Part shown: positions 53,967 to 62,560 of the stretch, piece by piece
How positions within the stretch are numbered: position 1 is the first letter of the stretch
Layout of the letters: every line of letters begins with the position of its first letter
Source: an uncultured Clostridia bacterium
Lineage (GTDB): Bacteria; Bacillota; Clostridia; Christensenellales; Aristaeellaceae
Direction of reading: 5' to 3'
Assembly (NCBI GenBank): GCA_946543085.1
Contig: CAMNLM010000002.1
Coordinates: 20,780-84,779 of the forward strand
DNA: 64,000 nt
The notes under the pieces: model-generated
The model's database searches: none
Told to the model about the DNA's origin: nothing
Seen by the model: only the letters and a program-made list of their open reading frames with translations
Translations under genes and position numbers: made by a program

Positions 53967-54197
53967 TCACGCCGCGCTGAACAATCCGGGCTCTGTCTCA
54001 AACAGAATCTGAGCGAGCACCTTGTGATCCAGATACTGCACGCCTTCTCTGCCCTCATGGATTTTGGCTGCCAGTTGGCTGCGGTAATAGATATCCATGG
54101 CTTTTTCCAGCGAGATGTTTCGCTGCTGCGCAATCGCAGTGATCAGCCGTTCCTCCAGGTTTTCCTGATAGGTTCGCTCAAGCATGCTCTCGTTCAC
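53967..54197 (-). CDS. DUF3791-like small helical protein (copy 2)
   Basis: 76 aa. GTG start 8 nt after GGAGGAGG. It is similar in size and character to the 54677..54892 protein and lies immediately downstream of the DUF3990-like gene. Confidence 0.65.
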   Translation of the reverse strand: MNESMLERTYQENLEERLITAIAQQRNISLEKAMDIYYRSQLAAKIHEGREGVQYLDHKVLAQILFETEPGLFSAA

Positions 54198-54200
54198 AGC

Positions 54201-54680
54201 TTACACCTCCTCCGCGGACTGAAAACACAGCAGCTGATCCACAGCTTCCTGCGTGATGAAAGCAATCTGGTCGTAATCGGGATATGTACGAATCTCCCGA
54301 AGCGCTCTGTCCCGGTCCCAGATGCCGGAGTGATACATATCCACCACGCGGAACACCTTGTCGTTTGCCACCTTGCCGATGATGACATCGTACGCAGGAT
54401 AGATGTCTTTGCCATCACGGCAGCCGCAGACGAAATCGATCCGCTCGTTTAAATCCTTCGGGAAGGTCTTCGCCCGGAAAGCGGACAGTGCGTCGCTCGT
54501 CTGATACTGTGAAACAACAGCGTGTCCGCTGCCGGTAAGGTCTGTCTTGCGTTTCGCCCAGCGCTCGGCCTGTTTCCAAACGGTGGTGACATAGAATCCT
54601 TTTCCAAAGTCCAGCGCACGGTAAGAGTGACAGACATCCGGGTGCTGAACGGCTATAGACGAGCCGTGATAGACGATCAT
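54201..54680 (-). CDS. DUF3990-like protein with ADP-ribosyltransferase-like H-Y motifs
   Basis: The N-terminus MIVYHGSS ... DFGKGFYVTT resembles the HG[ST] and G-x-G-x-Y motifs of H-Y-E-clade ART/PARP folds. An ATGA overlap joins it to the upstream gene. Confidence 0.65.
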   Translation of the reverse strand: MIVYHGSSIAVQHPDVCHSYRALDFGKGFYVTTVWKQAERWAKRKTDLTGSGHAVVSQYQTSDALSAFRAKTFPKDLNERIDFVCGCRDGKDIYPAYDVIIGKVANDKVFRVVDMYHSGIWDRDRALREIRTYPDYDQIAFITQEAVDQLLCFQSAEEV

Positions 54681-54892
54681 ACCGCCACCCCTCTCCGCGT
54701 CAGATACTCTTTGATGTCTTCCACCACATAGCCGCTGCTCTGCGTATGCAGCACCTCGTAATGCCGGACGAGGTAATCCTGAATGCAGCCGCACTGCTGC
54801 AGCCTGGCGTAAACCTCCGCGGGCGTCATGTTCCACGCCCAGGCGCACTGGTGAATCATGTACACCACAAAGGACAGCGTCTCCTGGTTCAT
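54677..54892 (-). CDS. DUF3791-like small helical protein (copy 1)
   Basis: 71 aa from the ATG 8 nt after GGAGG (alternative ATG at 54919). Sequence [28 protein letters not shown] .... Confidence 0.65.
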   Translation of the reverse strand: MNQETLSFVVYMIHQCAWAWNMTPAEVYARLQQCGCIQDYLVRHYEVLHTQSSGYVVEDIKEYLTRRGVAV

Positions 54893-54987
54893 CCCCTTCG
54901 CCTCCGGCTGCGGCTTCATCGCGTCTTTCCCTGCTATTTTACCATCTTTCCTACCCTTTGAGAAGTCCCCAAAACCCGGGCGGACAA

Positions 54988-55016
54988 TTGACTTCCCCCG
55001 CGATCTATGCTATTCT
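54988..55016 (+). promoter_or_regulatory. Promoter of the rubredoxin gene
   Basis: TTGACT (54988..54993), a 17-nt spacer ending in TGC (extended -10), then TATTCT (55011..55016). Confidence 0.5.
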
Positions 55017-55053
55017 ATTCTCATCCAGAAAACCTGAAAAAGGAGGCTGCTCT

Positions 55054-55212
55054 ATGGACAAATGGGAATGCCCGTGCGGCTATGTGTACGACCCCGCCGA
55101 GGGTGATCCGGACAACGGCATCGCGCCCGGCACCGCCTGGGAAGACGTGCCCGAGGATTGGGTTTGCCCCACCTGCGGCCTGGGCAAGGACGCGTTCACC
55201 AAGGTCGAGTGA
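55054..55212 (+). CDS. Rubredoxin (52 aa) with an atypical first Cys pair
   Basis: [48 protein letters not shown] is a full-length rubredoxin pattern. The first knuckle reads C-P-C-G rather than C-x-x-C-G. Confidence 0.9.
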   Translation: MDKWECPCGYVYDPAEGDPDNGIAPGTAWEDVPEDWVCPTCGLGKDAFTKVE

Positions 55213-55215
55213 ACA

Positions 55216-55250
55216 AAAAGAACCCGGCTCCTCAGCCGGGTTTTCTTCTT
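55216..55250. terminator. Bidirectional rho-independent terminator between rubredoxin and bioY
   Basis: 9-bp stem AACCCGGCT/AGCCGGGTT with loop CCTC. The T-rich tail is TTTCTTCTTT, and AAAAAG lies upstream. Confidence 0.85.
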
Positions 55251-55375
55251 TGGACAGCCATCGGGTAGCCGTCGGGCAGCCGTCGCAGGCGGCCACCAGT
55301 GATGATGCGGCCGTCCTCCGCTCTTATCCACTCGCCGCTCGGGTCAGGCTCTTCCGGTCTCCGGGAAAGCCGGGC

Positions 55376-55939
55376 TCACAGATGCGCGGCTTTCTTCATC
55401 GGGCCGTAGAGGCGCGTGGAGAGGAAGGCCGCCAGGGCGATCTTCACCGCGTCGAATGGCAGGAAGGGCAGCACGCAGAGGTTCAGGCTGGTCATCAGGT
55501 CGGTGTGCTTCGTCAGCATGAACCACACCGTGCCGAAGGCGTAGCACACGAGGACGCCGATCGCCATCGCGAGGCACTGCCAGACCCAGCCGCGGCCCCG
55601 CTTCCCGATCAGGAGGGCCGTCAGCGCGACGCAGGGCAGATAGCCGATGATGTAGCCGCCCGTGACGCCGAAAAGCTTCGCGGCACCGCCCGTCATGTTG
55701 GAGAAGACCGGCGCGCCGGCCAGGCCGAGCAGCATGTAGACCGCCATGGAGAGCACGGCGTATTTCGCGTCCAGCAGCGCGCCGCAGAGCAGCACCGGCA
55801 GCAGGGACAGGGACACCGGCACCGGGCCGATCGGGATCGTGATCTGCGCGCAGACGGCGGTCAGGGCGGCAAAGAGGGCGCAGAGCACAAGCTGCACCGT
55901 CGGGATGCGGCGGGCGGACACGGCTTTTGTATCGGACAT
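55376..55939 (-). CDS. bioY: Biotin ECF-transporter S component BioY
   Basis: 187 aa with 6 TM helices. ... AQITIPIGPVPVSLSLLPVLLCGALL ... GGYIIGYL are BioY blocks. Confidence 0.9.
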   Translation of the reverse strand: MSDTKAVSARRIPTVQLVLCALFAALTAVCAQITIPIGPVPVSLSLLPVLLCGALLDAKYAVLSMAVYMLLGLAGAPVFSNMTGGAAKLFGVTGGYIIGYLPCVALTALLIGKRGRGWVWQCLAMAIGVLVCYAFGTVWFMLTKHTDLMTSLNLCVLPFLPFDAVKIALAAFLSTRLYGPMKKAAHL

Positions 55940-55962
55940 GATTCAGGACCTCGCTTCTTGAT

Positions 55963-55998
55963 ATGCGTAAACCGTCGTTCGGCTTACAGTTTACGCAT
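55963..55998. promoter_or_regulatory. BirA-type operator (10-bp perfect inverted repeat with a 16-nt spacer) upstream of bioY
   Basis: ATGCGTAAAC (55963..55972), N16, GTTTACGCAT (55989..55998). The right arm overlaps the -10 box of the bioY promoter. Confidence 0.6.
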
Positions 55999-56024
55999 TA
56001 TACACGGAATCCGCGTTCTGTCAA
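55997..56024 (-). promoter_or_regulatory. bioY promoter
   Basis: On the minus strand: TTGACA (56024..56019), a 16-nt spacer, then TATAAT (56002..55997). Confidence 0.6.
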
Positions 56025-56068
56025 GGGGAGCGCTGATCCATCTCACTCCCGCGTGAAAGGAGTTTCCT

Positions 56069-57532
56069 TTGAGCACACGCAAAAACACCATTTACAATGT
56101 CGGCTACCGGGTCTTCTCGGTGCTCCTGCCGCTGGTCACCGCGCCTTATCTCTCGCGGGTGTGCGGGCAGGCGGGCGTCGGCCTCTACAGCTACGCCTGG
56201 AACATCAGCTATTTCTTCACCCTGGTGGCCATGCTCGGCCTGGAGAACTATGGCGTGCGCGCCGTCGTCCGCGCGCGGGACGACCGCGCGGCGCTGAACC
56301 GCGTCTTCTCCTCCGTGTGGCGGATGCAGCGGCTGGTCGCCGGGCTGACGCTGCTGGTCTGGCTCGGCTATGCCGCATTCGTCGCGGATGAGGAGAAGGC
56401 CATCGCCTGGGCGCTGACCCCGGCGTCCCTCTCCTGCCTCGTCAACCTTGACTGGTGCCTGATGGGCCTCGACCGCTTCCGCCCCATCGCCCTGCGCAAC
56501 ACGGCGGTGAAGCTCTCGGCGGCCGCCTGCGTGTTTCTCTTCGTCAAGTCCCCCGCCGACCTGTGGATCTACGGCCTGGTGTGGGCGCTCGCGACCCTCG
56601 TCGGCTGCCTGCTGAGCGCGGCCTCCCTGCGCGGCGCGGTGGCCCTCACGCCCGTCTCCCGCGCGGAAGCCCTGCGCCACCTGAAGCCCTGCGCGGTGCT
56701 CTTCCTCTCAGTGCTCGCCGTCAGCGTCTACCGCACGATGGACAAGGTGATGGTCGGCGCGATGGCCGGCATGGCGGAGAACGGCCTGTATGAAAACGCG
56801 GAGAAGATCATCTACTGCCTCTCCGGCTTCATCTCCGCGGTGGGCACCGTGATGATGCCCAAGGTCAGCCACATGTGGAAGCAGGGCCGCGAGAGCGAGG
56901 TGCGCGGTCACATCGACCTGAGCATGCAGCTGGTGATGTGCATGGTGTGCGCCCTGGGCTTCGGTGTCGCGAGCATCGCGCCGGAGCTGGCGCCCCTGTT
57001 CTACGGCGAGGCTTTCACGCGCAGCGGCGCGCTGATGATCCCCCTCGCCGCCACGCTGCTCCTCATCGGCTTTGCGAACGTCGTCCGCACGCAGTGGATC
57101 CTCCCCCAGGAGCGGGACAGGATCGTCGTGCGCTCTGTGATGAGCGGCGCGGCGGTGAACCTCATTGCCAACAGTCTCCTCATCCCGCGCCTGGGCGCGA
57201 TGGGCGCGGTGATCGGCACGGTGCTTGCGGAAGGGACGGTTCCCGTGGTACAATATCTCCACCTGCGCGGCGAGCTGCCGTACAGGCGCTTCCTGGGCTA
57301 TGTCCTCACCTACTGCGCCATCGGGGCCGTGATGGCCTGCGCGGTGCGGCTCACGCTGCGCCTCCTGCCGCCCATGACCTGGCCGAGCCTCCTCGCGGCG
57401 ATCTGCGTCGGCGCGGCGGTCTACGGCCTGTGCTGCCTCGTCTGGTGGAAGGCGCGCAAAAAGACGCGCATCCTGCGCCTGCTGCGGCTGCGCTCCAGAA
57501 AAGAACCCGATCATTCCGGAGGAACACCATGA
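56069..57532 (+). CDS. Polysaccharide/oligosaccharide flippase (MOP superfamily, Wzx-like)
   Basis: 487 aa with about 14 TM helices. The N-terminus NTIYNVGYRVFSVLLPLVTAPYLSRVCGQAGVGLYSYAWN is typical of Polysacc_synt proteins. TTG start follows the RBS AAAGGAG. Confidence 0.83.
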   Translation: MSTRKNTIYNVGYRVFSVLLPLVTAPYLSRVCGQAGVGLYSYAWNISYFFTLVAMLGLENYGVRAVVRARDDRAALNRVFSSVWRMQRLVAGLTLLVWLGYAAFVADEEKAIAWALTPASLSCLVNLDWCLMGLDRFRPIALRNTAVKLSAAACVFLFVKSPADLWIYGLVWALATLVGCLLSAASLRGAVALTPVSRAEALRHLKPCAVLFLSVLAVSVYRTMDKVMVGAMAGMAENGLYENAEKIIYCLSGFISAVGTVMMPKVSHMWKQGRESEVRGHIDLSMQLVMCMVCALGFGVASIAPELAPLFYGEAFTRSGALMIPLAATLLLIGFANVVRTQWILPQERDRIVVRSVMSGAAVNLIANSLLIPRLGAMGAVIGTVLAEGTVPVVQYLHLRGELPYRRFLGYVLTYCAIGAVMACAVRLTLRLLPPMTWPSLLAAICVGAAVYGLCCLVWWKARKKTRILRLLRLRSRKEPDHSGGTP

Positions 57533-58569
57533 TCAAACGCCTGTTATCCGTCCTGCTCCTGGTCTCCCTCGCCCTGACCCTCGCGGCCCCGGCCCTCGGC
57601 GAAAGGCAGATCACCATCACCTTCACCGGCGACTGCACGCTGGGCTGCGAGGAGCGCCTGCGCGACAAGGACTACGCCTTCAACGGCTACGCGCGCATCC
57701 AGGGCTTCGACTGGTTCTTCGCCAACGTCAAGCACATCTTCGAGGCGGACGACCTCACCGTGGTCAACCTCGAGGGCGTGCTCAGCGACTCCTCCTCCCA
57801 GGAGAACACCGGCAAGACCTACCGCTTCCGCGGCCGTCCGAGTTATGTGAATATCCTCAGGGACGCCTCCATCGAGGCGGTGAATCTCGCCAACAACCAC
57901 ACGGCGGATTACGGCTCCCAGGGGCTGAAGGCCACCCGCGCGGTACTCAAGGCCAGCGGAATCGGCTTTTTCGGCAACCGCTACGTCTACGTCCATGACT
58001 TCGACGGCATCCGCATCGCCTTCCTCGGCGTCTGGCAGAGCGACTACCTGGACAACCGCGACTGGTTCGCCAAGAAGATCGCCGCCCTCAAGGAAGATGG
58101 GGTCAACTCCATCGTCTTCACCTTCCACTGCGGCACCGAGTACGCGCGGCGTCACGGCGACAGCCAGGCCAACTTCGCGAACTTCGCCCTGCAGCAGGGC
58201 TGCGACCTGGTCGTCATGCACCACCCGCACGTGCTCCAGGGCATCGACGTGGTGGGCAACCGCAACGTGCTCTGGTCGCTGGGCAACTTCTGCTTCGGCG
58301 GCAACTGCGAGATACGCGAGCTCTACACGGCCATCGCCCAGGTGACCTTCACCTTCTCGGACGAGGGAAAGTATGAGGGCCAGCAGCTGCGCCTCTATCC
58401 GGCGCAGATCTCCGGCACTTCTCCCCAGAGCAACTTCCAGCCGGTGCTTGTGAAGGGCACGGACGCGAAGTACGTCATGAGCCTGATCCAGGACGACAGC
58501 ACCTTCCGCCTGAACCCCTACGACGAGGAGCTGGGCTACGCGGAGCAGGATTATCTGCCGGCGAAGTGA
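57529..58569 (+). CDS. CapA/PGA_cap-family metallophosphatase-like protein
   Basis: A signal peptide is followed by ITFTGDCTLG ... VVNLEGVLS ... ANNHTADYG ... HCGTEY ... MHHPHVLQG. An ATGA overlap joins it to the flippase gene. Confidence 0.85.
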   Translation: MIKRLLSVLLLVSLALTLAAPALGERQITITFTGDCTLGCEERLRDKDYAFNGYARIQGFDWFFANVKHIFEADDLTVVNLEGVLSDSSSQENTGKTYRFRGRPSYVNILRDASIEAVNLANNHTADYGSQGLKATRAVLKASGIGFFGNRYVYVHDFDGIRIAFLGVWQSDYLDNRDWFAKKIAALKEDGVNSIVFTFHCGTEYARRHGDSQANFANFALQQGCDLVVMHHPHVLQGIDVVGNRNVLWSLGNFCFGGNCEIRELYTAIAQVTFTFSDEGKYEGQQLRLYPAQISGTSPQSNFQPVLVKGTDAKYVMSLIQDDSTFRLNPYDEELGYAEQDYLPAK

Positions 58570-58582
58570 GAATAAAAGACCC

Positions 58583-58632
58583 AAAAACAGCACCCCCTGC
58601 GGCGCGCGCGTGACGCAAGGGGTGCTGTTTTT
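58583..58632. terminator. Bidirectional rho-independent terminator
   Basis: 10-bp stem ACAGCACCCC/GGGGTGCTGT, flanked by AAAAA and TTTTT. Confidence 0.8.
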
Positions 58633-58664
58633 GATATTAGCAGGATATCCAGGCCAAACGCCGT

Positions 58665-59462
58665 CTACCGATTGCAGAATTCAAAAACCCTGTGATAGAA
58701 ATCCTTGGCCTCTTCATACGCGCCATGCCCAAGCCCGTCGTACACATACAGCTCGCTGCCGCTGATCCCTCTGTTCAGCTCAATGGCGGCGTCGTTTCCA
58801 ACCGTGCGGTCGTCGCTTCCCGCGATGATCAGCGTCGGGCACGTGATTTTTGAAAGCCCGCTCCGCGCGTCAAAGCTCAGGATCGCATTGGCATTCCTGA
58901 AGAAGCGGTCATAGCTTGCGGGCTTCGTGAACCTGGCGAGCAGAGGGAAGTATCTTCTGTATTTCTTCAGATACTTTTCAGAATACATCTTTTCGGCCGT
59001 ATCGGCCATCAGCGCGGCATGATCGCCGCGTTCGGCCATTTGGATCCAGCCGCTGACGGCCTCCTTCACGACGCGATTCGCATAAGGGGCCGTAACGGCA
59101 AGGATCAGCTTTTCCACCATTTCCGGATGGTCAATGGCTGTATACTGAGCGATCATGCCGCCCTGGGAAACGCCCAGAACAGACGCACGCTCCATTCCGA
59201 GGCTTTTCATGGTTTCGACCTGATCGCTTGCCATATCGCGGATCGTATAGCCTTCCGGCATCTGATTCTTTCTGCTGAACATATACACCGTATAGTCATT
59301 GAAAAAGCGCTTATACGGCGAGGCCAGCAGCCATGCCTTTCCCTTCACGGTCGCCAGTCCGTCGGAAAGCCCCGGAAGAACGATCAGCTTCCTGCTGCCA
59401 TGGCCAAAGGCGGCATAGTCCATCTCTGTGTTTCCCACGTTGACACAGCCGTTTTTACGCAT
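58665..59462 (-). CDS. Alpha/beta hydrolase
   Basis: Nucleophile elbow GVSQGG, preceded by the VLPGLSDG oxyanion region. The start was moved to ATG 59462. Confidence 0.8.
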   Translation of the reverse strand: MRKNGCVNVGNTEMDYAAFGHGSRKLIVLPGLSDGLATVKGKAWLLASPYKRFFNDYTVYMFSRKNQMPEGYTIRDMASDQVETMKSLGMERASVLGVSQGGMIAQYTAIDHPEMVEKLILAVTAPYANRVVKEAVSGWIQMAERGDHAALMADTAEKMYSEKYLKKYRRYFPLLARFTKPASYDRFFRNANAILSFDARSGLSKITCPTLIIAGSDDRTVGNDAAIELNRGISGSELYVYDGLGHGAYEEAKDFYHRVFEFCNR

Positions 59463-60252
59463 TGCTGTCCCCCGCTTCGCCGGCGCGGTTTCCCACGGTT
59501 CCCGGCTTTTCTCTGAGCATCGCCCGCAGCTCTGCCGCATACTGATCCGGATGGTTGATGGAATACTCCCCGTGACGCAGCCCTTCTTTGATCTCAAGGC
59601 TGCTGTTTCGCAGTGTCTCGTGAAGGAGCTTCGCGGATCGGATCATGCTTTTCTGTTCCCTGCCTCCGACCACGATTCGGACTTCAGCCTGGCAGCTTTG
59701 AAGCGCCGGTTTGGGCGCGTAAGCCGTATTCGCTCTCAGAAAAGCGATCATATCCGATTTCGCGATCCGGCAGGTATCCCGATAATACGCCTCAAACAAA
59801 TCCGGCCTCATGTGCAGTGCCCGGAATTGAAGCCTTGCAAAGCCCCTGTTCCGGATCAGGCCATAACTGCTGCCAAAGGCCGGCGCGATCAGCGCGTGCG
59901 TCAGTCTGGACGGAATGACAGACGCGCTTTCCACAATGGCATACCGGCAGATATCATTTTTCTGCGACAGCATCTCCAGAACGATCTGCGCCCCGAGCGA
60001 CAGGCCTCCGAGCAGCAGGACGGAGCCTCCCAGCTTGCGGTCGATCCAGGAGATGAGCTCAGCCGCTTGCTCCTCGATGGTTGTGAAGGCCCTGCCGCTG
60101 CCCGCATGCCCGTCCAGAACCGGAAGGATGACCCGGTAATCCCGCTGAAGCTGCTCCGCCGCGCTCCTGTAATTCCACCAGGACAGTCCGCCGCCGTGGA
60201 GCAGGATCATGGTTTCTGCCTTTTCGGGACCGTATTCCCTGAACTCCATCAC
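59455..60252 (-). CDS. Alpha/beta hydrolase
   Basis: [13 protein letters not shown] oxyanion region and nucleophile elbow GLSLGA. It overlaps the downstream gene by 8 nt. Confidence 0.8.
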   Translation of the reverse strand: MMEFREYGPEKAETMILLHGGGLSWWNYRSAAEQLQRDYRVILPVLDGHAGSGRAFTTIEEQAAELISWIDRKLGGSVLLLGGLSLGAQIVLEMLSQKNDICRYAIVESASVIPSRLTHALIAPAFGSSYGLIRNRGFARLQFRALHMRPDLFEAYYRDTCRIAKSDMIAFLRANTAYAPKPALQSCQAEVRIVVGGREQKSMIRSAKLLHETLRNSSLEIKEGLRHGEYSINHPDQYAAELRAMLREKPGTVGNRAGEAGDSNA

Positions 60253-61262
60253 TCGCCGCCTCGCCTCATGTCCTGCAATTCTTTCCTCAGCATGATGATT
60301 GCATCGGTTCTGTATTCTTCGACGAACCCATGCTTCCGGAACAGCGCGATCGCCGGATTGTCGATGGCCATGTCATCGTACAGGAAAGCGACGCCATTCT
60401 TTTTTGCCGCGCCGCACAGCAGCTCCAGGCCTCTGCCGCCATAACCCAGCCCCCGATACGGAGCATGAACAATGACATCCGCGGCAACAATCCCGCGGTC
60501 GTCATCATAATGATAGGCGATCTCTCCGACAAAGTGTCCTGCCGGATTCTTCAGGTATCTGTACCAGCGCCTGTTCCCGTGGTTCACGATCCAGTATTCG
60601 TACCAGGCTTCCCATTTCTCTTCCGGGAAGGGAATCGTGCCGCCCCATGCGTGGTTGTAGGACATGGTCTCGGGATCGGCCATCATGGCCTGGCGGAACC
60701 ACAGGTCGTCCAGGGAAGGCGTATACGGAACAATCATCCCCGACCAATCCTCCCTGGTCAGCAGGCTGACATATCCTTTGCGCGTCTCGCCCATCTGCGG
60801 AACGGGCGCGTCCTCCGTCGTCCACTGGTATCTGAAGCCGAGCTTCTCCTGCACCCGCCTGGATTTCTCGTTGCCGTCGTAATAGCCGCACCAGACCCGC
60901 GCAAGTCTCAGGTCCTCGAAGGCATGCCGCAGCAGCTCCCGCGCCGCCTCCGGCACAAGGCCGCGTCCCCAGTACGGAACGCCCAGCCAGTAGCCCAGCT
61001 CCGCCTCGTCCTCCTTTTCGGCGAGATCATTGCGGTGCAAGCCGATGCTTCCGATGGGCAGCCCGGTTTCCTTCAGCACGATGGCATAGGTCTCCGGCGC
61101 CATCAGTACCTCCCGGATGACCTGACGGCTGTTCTCCACGCTGGTATGGACCGGCCATCCGGCAGCCGGGCCGACACGCGGGTCTTTTGCGTATGGATAG
61201 CATGCTTCCGCGTCCGCTTCTTCCCACGGGCGGAGAATGAGTCGTTCTGTCTCCAAGGTCAC
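60249..61262 (-). CDS. Tandem GNAT N-acetyltransferase (two acetyltransferase domains in one polypeptide)
   Basis: The first domain is RimJ/RimL-like ([11 protein letters not shown] ... [10 protein letters not shown]). The second has [14 protein letters not shown]. The proposed GTG start at 61262 follows a G7A7 run. The ORF-track ATG at 61400 would overlap the upstream gene by 113 nt. Confidence 0.75.
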   Translation of the reverse strand: MTLETERLILRPWEEADAEACYPYAKDPRVGPAAGWPVHTSVENSRQVIREVLMAPETYAIVLKETGLPIGSIGLHRNDLAEKEDEAELGYWLGVPYWGRGLVPEAARELLRHAFEDLRLARVWCGYYDGNEKSRRVQEKLGFRYQWTTEDAPVPQMGETRKGYVSLLTREDWSGMIVPYTPSLDDLWFRQAMMADPETMSYNHAWGGTIPFPEEKWEAWYEYWIVNHGNRRWYRYLKNPAGHFVGEIAYHYDDDRGIVAADVIVHAPYRGLGYGGRGLELLCGAAKKNGVAFLYDDMAIDNPAIALFRKHGFVEEYRTDAIIMLRKELQDMRRGGE

Positions 61263-61287
61263 TTTGTTTTTTTCCCCCCCGTTCCGT

Positions 61288-61803
61288 TTACGCTTTCCAG
61301 ACGCTCCTGCTGACTTCACAGACCCCGCCGTGATAGACGGCCTTTCCGGTAAAGATCGTCTGAAATCCGCTTTTCTCCAGGACTCGTCCAGACGCGGCAT
61401 TCGCCAGGAGACGGATGCCGTACACTTCGGCCACGCCGACCCGCGCTGTGATCACAGGAAGAAAAGCCGTCACCGCCTCGGTCGCGTAGCCCTTCCCCGT
61501 GTACGCTTTGGCGATATGATATCCGATTTCCCACTTGCCGTCCCCGATCGGAACCAGCTGAACATAGCCGATATTCTTTTCCCCGTCTTTCGTGATGAGC
61601 GCATAGACCAATGGGCCATTCGCAGCGCCGTACCGGGATATCAGAAATGCCAGCGTTTCCTGCGCGTCTTCCAGCGTCTCAAAGACTTCATCCGGCACAA
61701 ATCTTCTCACGTCTTCATCCAGGGAATTCTTCTGGACATCCATCGCCATGTCCATCGTCATTTCAGTGAGGATCAGTCTGTCTGTTTCTGCCAGCACGCT
61801 CAT
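61288..61803 (-). CDS. GNAT-family N-acetyltransferase
   Basis: [10 protein letters not shown] ... [14 protein letters not shown] is a RimJ/RimL-like GNAT pattern. Confidence 0.85.
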   Translation of the reverse strand: MSVLAETDRLILTEMTMDMAMDVQKNSLDEDVRRFVPDEVFETLEDAQETLAFLISRYGAANGPLVYALITKDGEKNIGYVQLVPIGDGKWEIGYHIAKAYTGKGYATEAVTAFLPVITARVGVAEVYGIRLLANAASGRVLEKSGFQTIFTGKAVYHGGVCEVSRSVWKA

Positions 61804-62073
61804 GCTTTTAACCTCAGCGGTTCTTCCGCTATCCCAGGTGTCTCAGTGATTGTTCCGTTGTCGTCCCGCAGCAAAGCCTTGAACCCGGCATGAAGGAATC
61901 CGTCCTGTGCCTCTTTGGAACTGCCTCGCGTCAGGATCAGGTTCCCGCATCAGAAGCCGGTACAGAAACGGTTTTTGTCAGGACGCCCGAAAACGCGATG
62001 CGCCCTTTGCGGGAAACATTCTCAAAGCAAGGGCGGCAGGCCGGTCCGCATCCCGCAATGCCCGGTTCTCTCT

Positions 62074-62496
62074 TCATTCGGTTTTTCCGGCCGTTTCGGA
62101 GCCTGCTGCGGACAGGTTCTCTTCTTTTTCAAAAAACGCCTTCAGCAGCTGCTGATATTCCCCGTCTGTACAGACTTCACGGCATTTCGGCTGAAAAGAC
62201 CTTGTGACCGCAAAGCACGCTTTCATGTTCTCACAAGGGAATTCCGGGCATTCGGCGCATGTCCTGATGCCACGGTCTTCACAGCACTTTGCGACATGGT
62301 ACCTGCACCAATTCTCCGGTTTGCACCCCGCGCAGGCGATTTCCTGGTTCATGACGACATGGTCGCGATATCCGATCCTCATCCAGAGCTCTGCCGTGTG
62401 GCGCAATTCCTCTTCCGTCTTCACAAACGGAAACGCCGTATACCTTGGGCATGCCGAGCAGTCGTTCCCGCAGGCGGCCATGATTCTGTCTTTCAT
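62074..62496 (-). CDS. Cys-rich DUF3795-like protein
   Basis: CGNDCSACPRY ... CAGCK ... CRYHVAKCC ... CAECPEFPC matches the multi-Cys pattern I associate with DUF3795. An alternative ATG lies 5 codons in. Confidence 0.65.
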   Translation of the reverse strand: MKDRIMAACGNDCSACPRYTAFPFVKTEEELRHTAELWMRIGYRDHVVMNQEIACAGCKPENWCRYHVAKCCEDRGIRTCAECPEFPCENMKACFAVTRSFQPKCREVCTDGEYQQLLKAFFEKEENLSAAGSETAGKTE

Positions 62497-62560
62497 CCTT
62501 TGATCCCGTCCTTTTGCGGGTCGGCCACTGCAAGCGGCGTGATGCTTTTCCCTCTTCTCT

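Noticed and set aside
61263-61400. ATG at 61400 as the start of the tandem-GNAT protein.
   Set aside because: It would overlap the upstream GNAT gene by 113 nt and add a non-conserved basic leader. GTG 61262, just before the conserved [11 protein letters not shown] block, is more plausible but remains uncertain.
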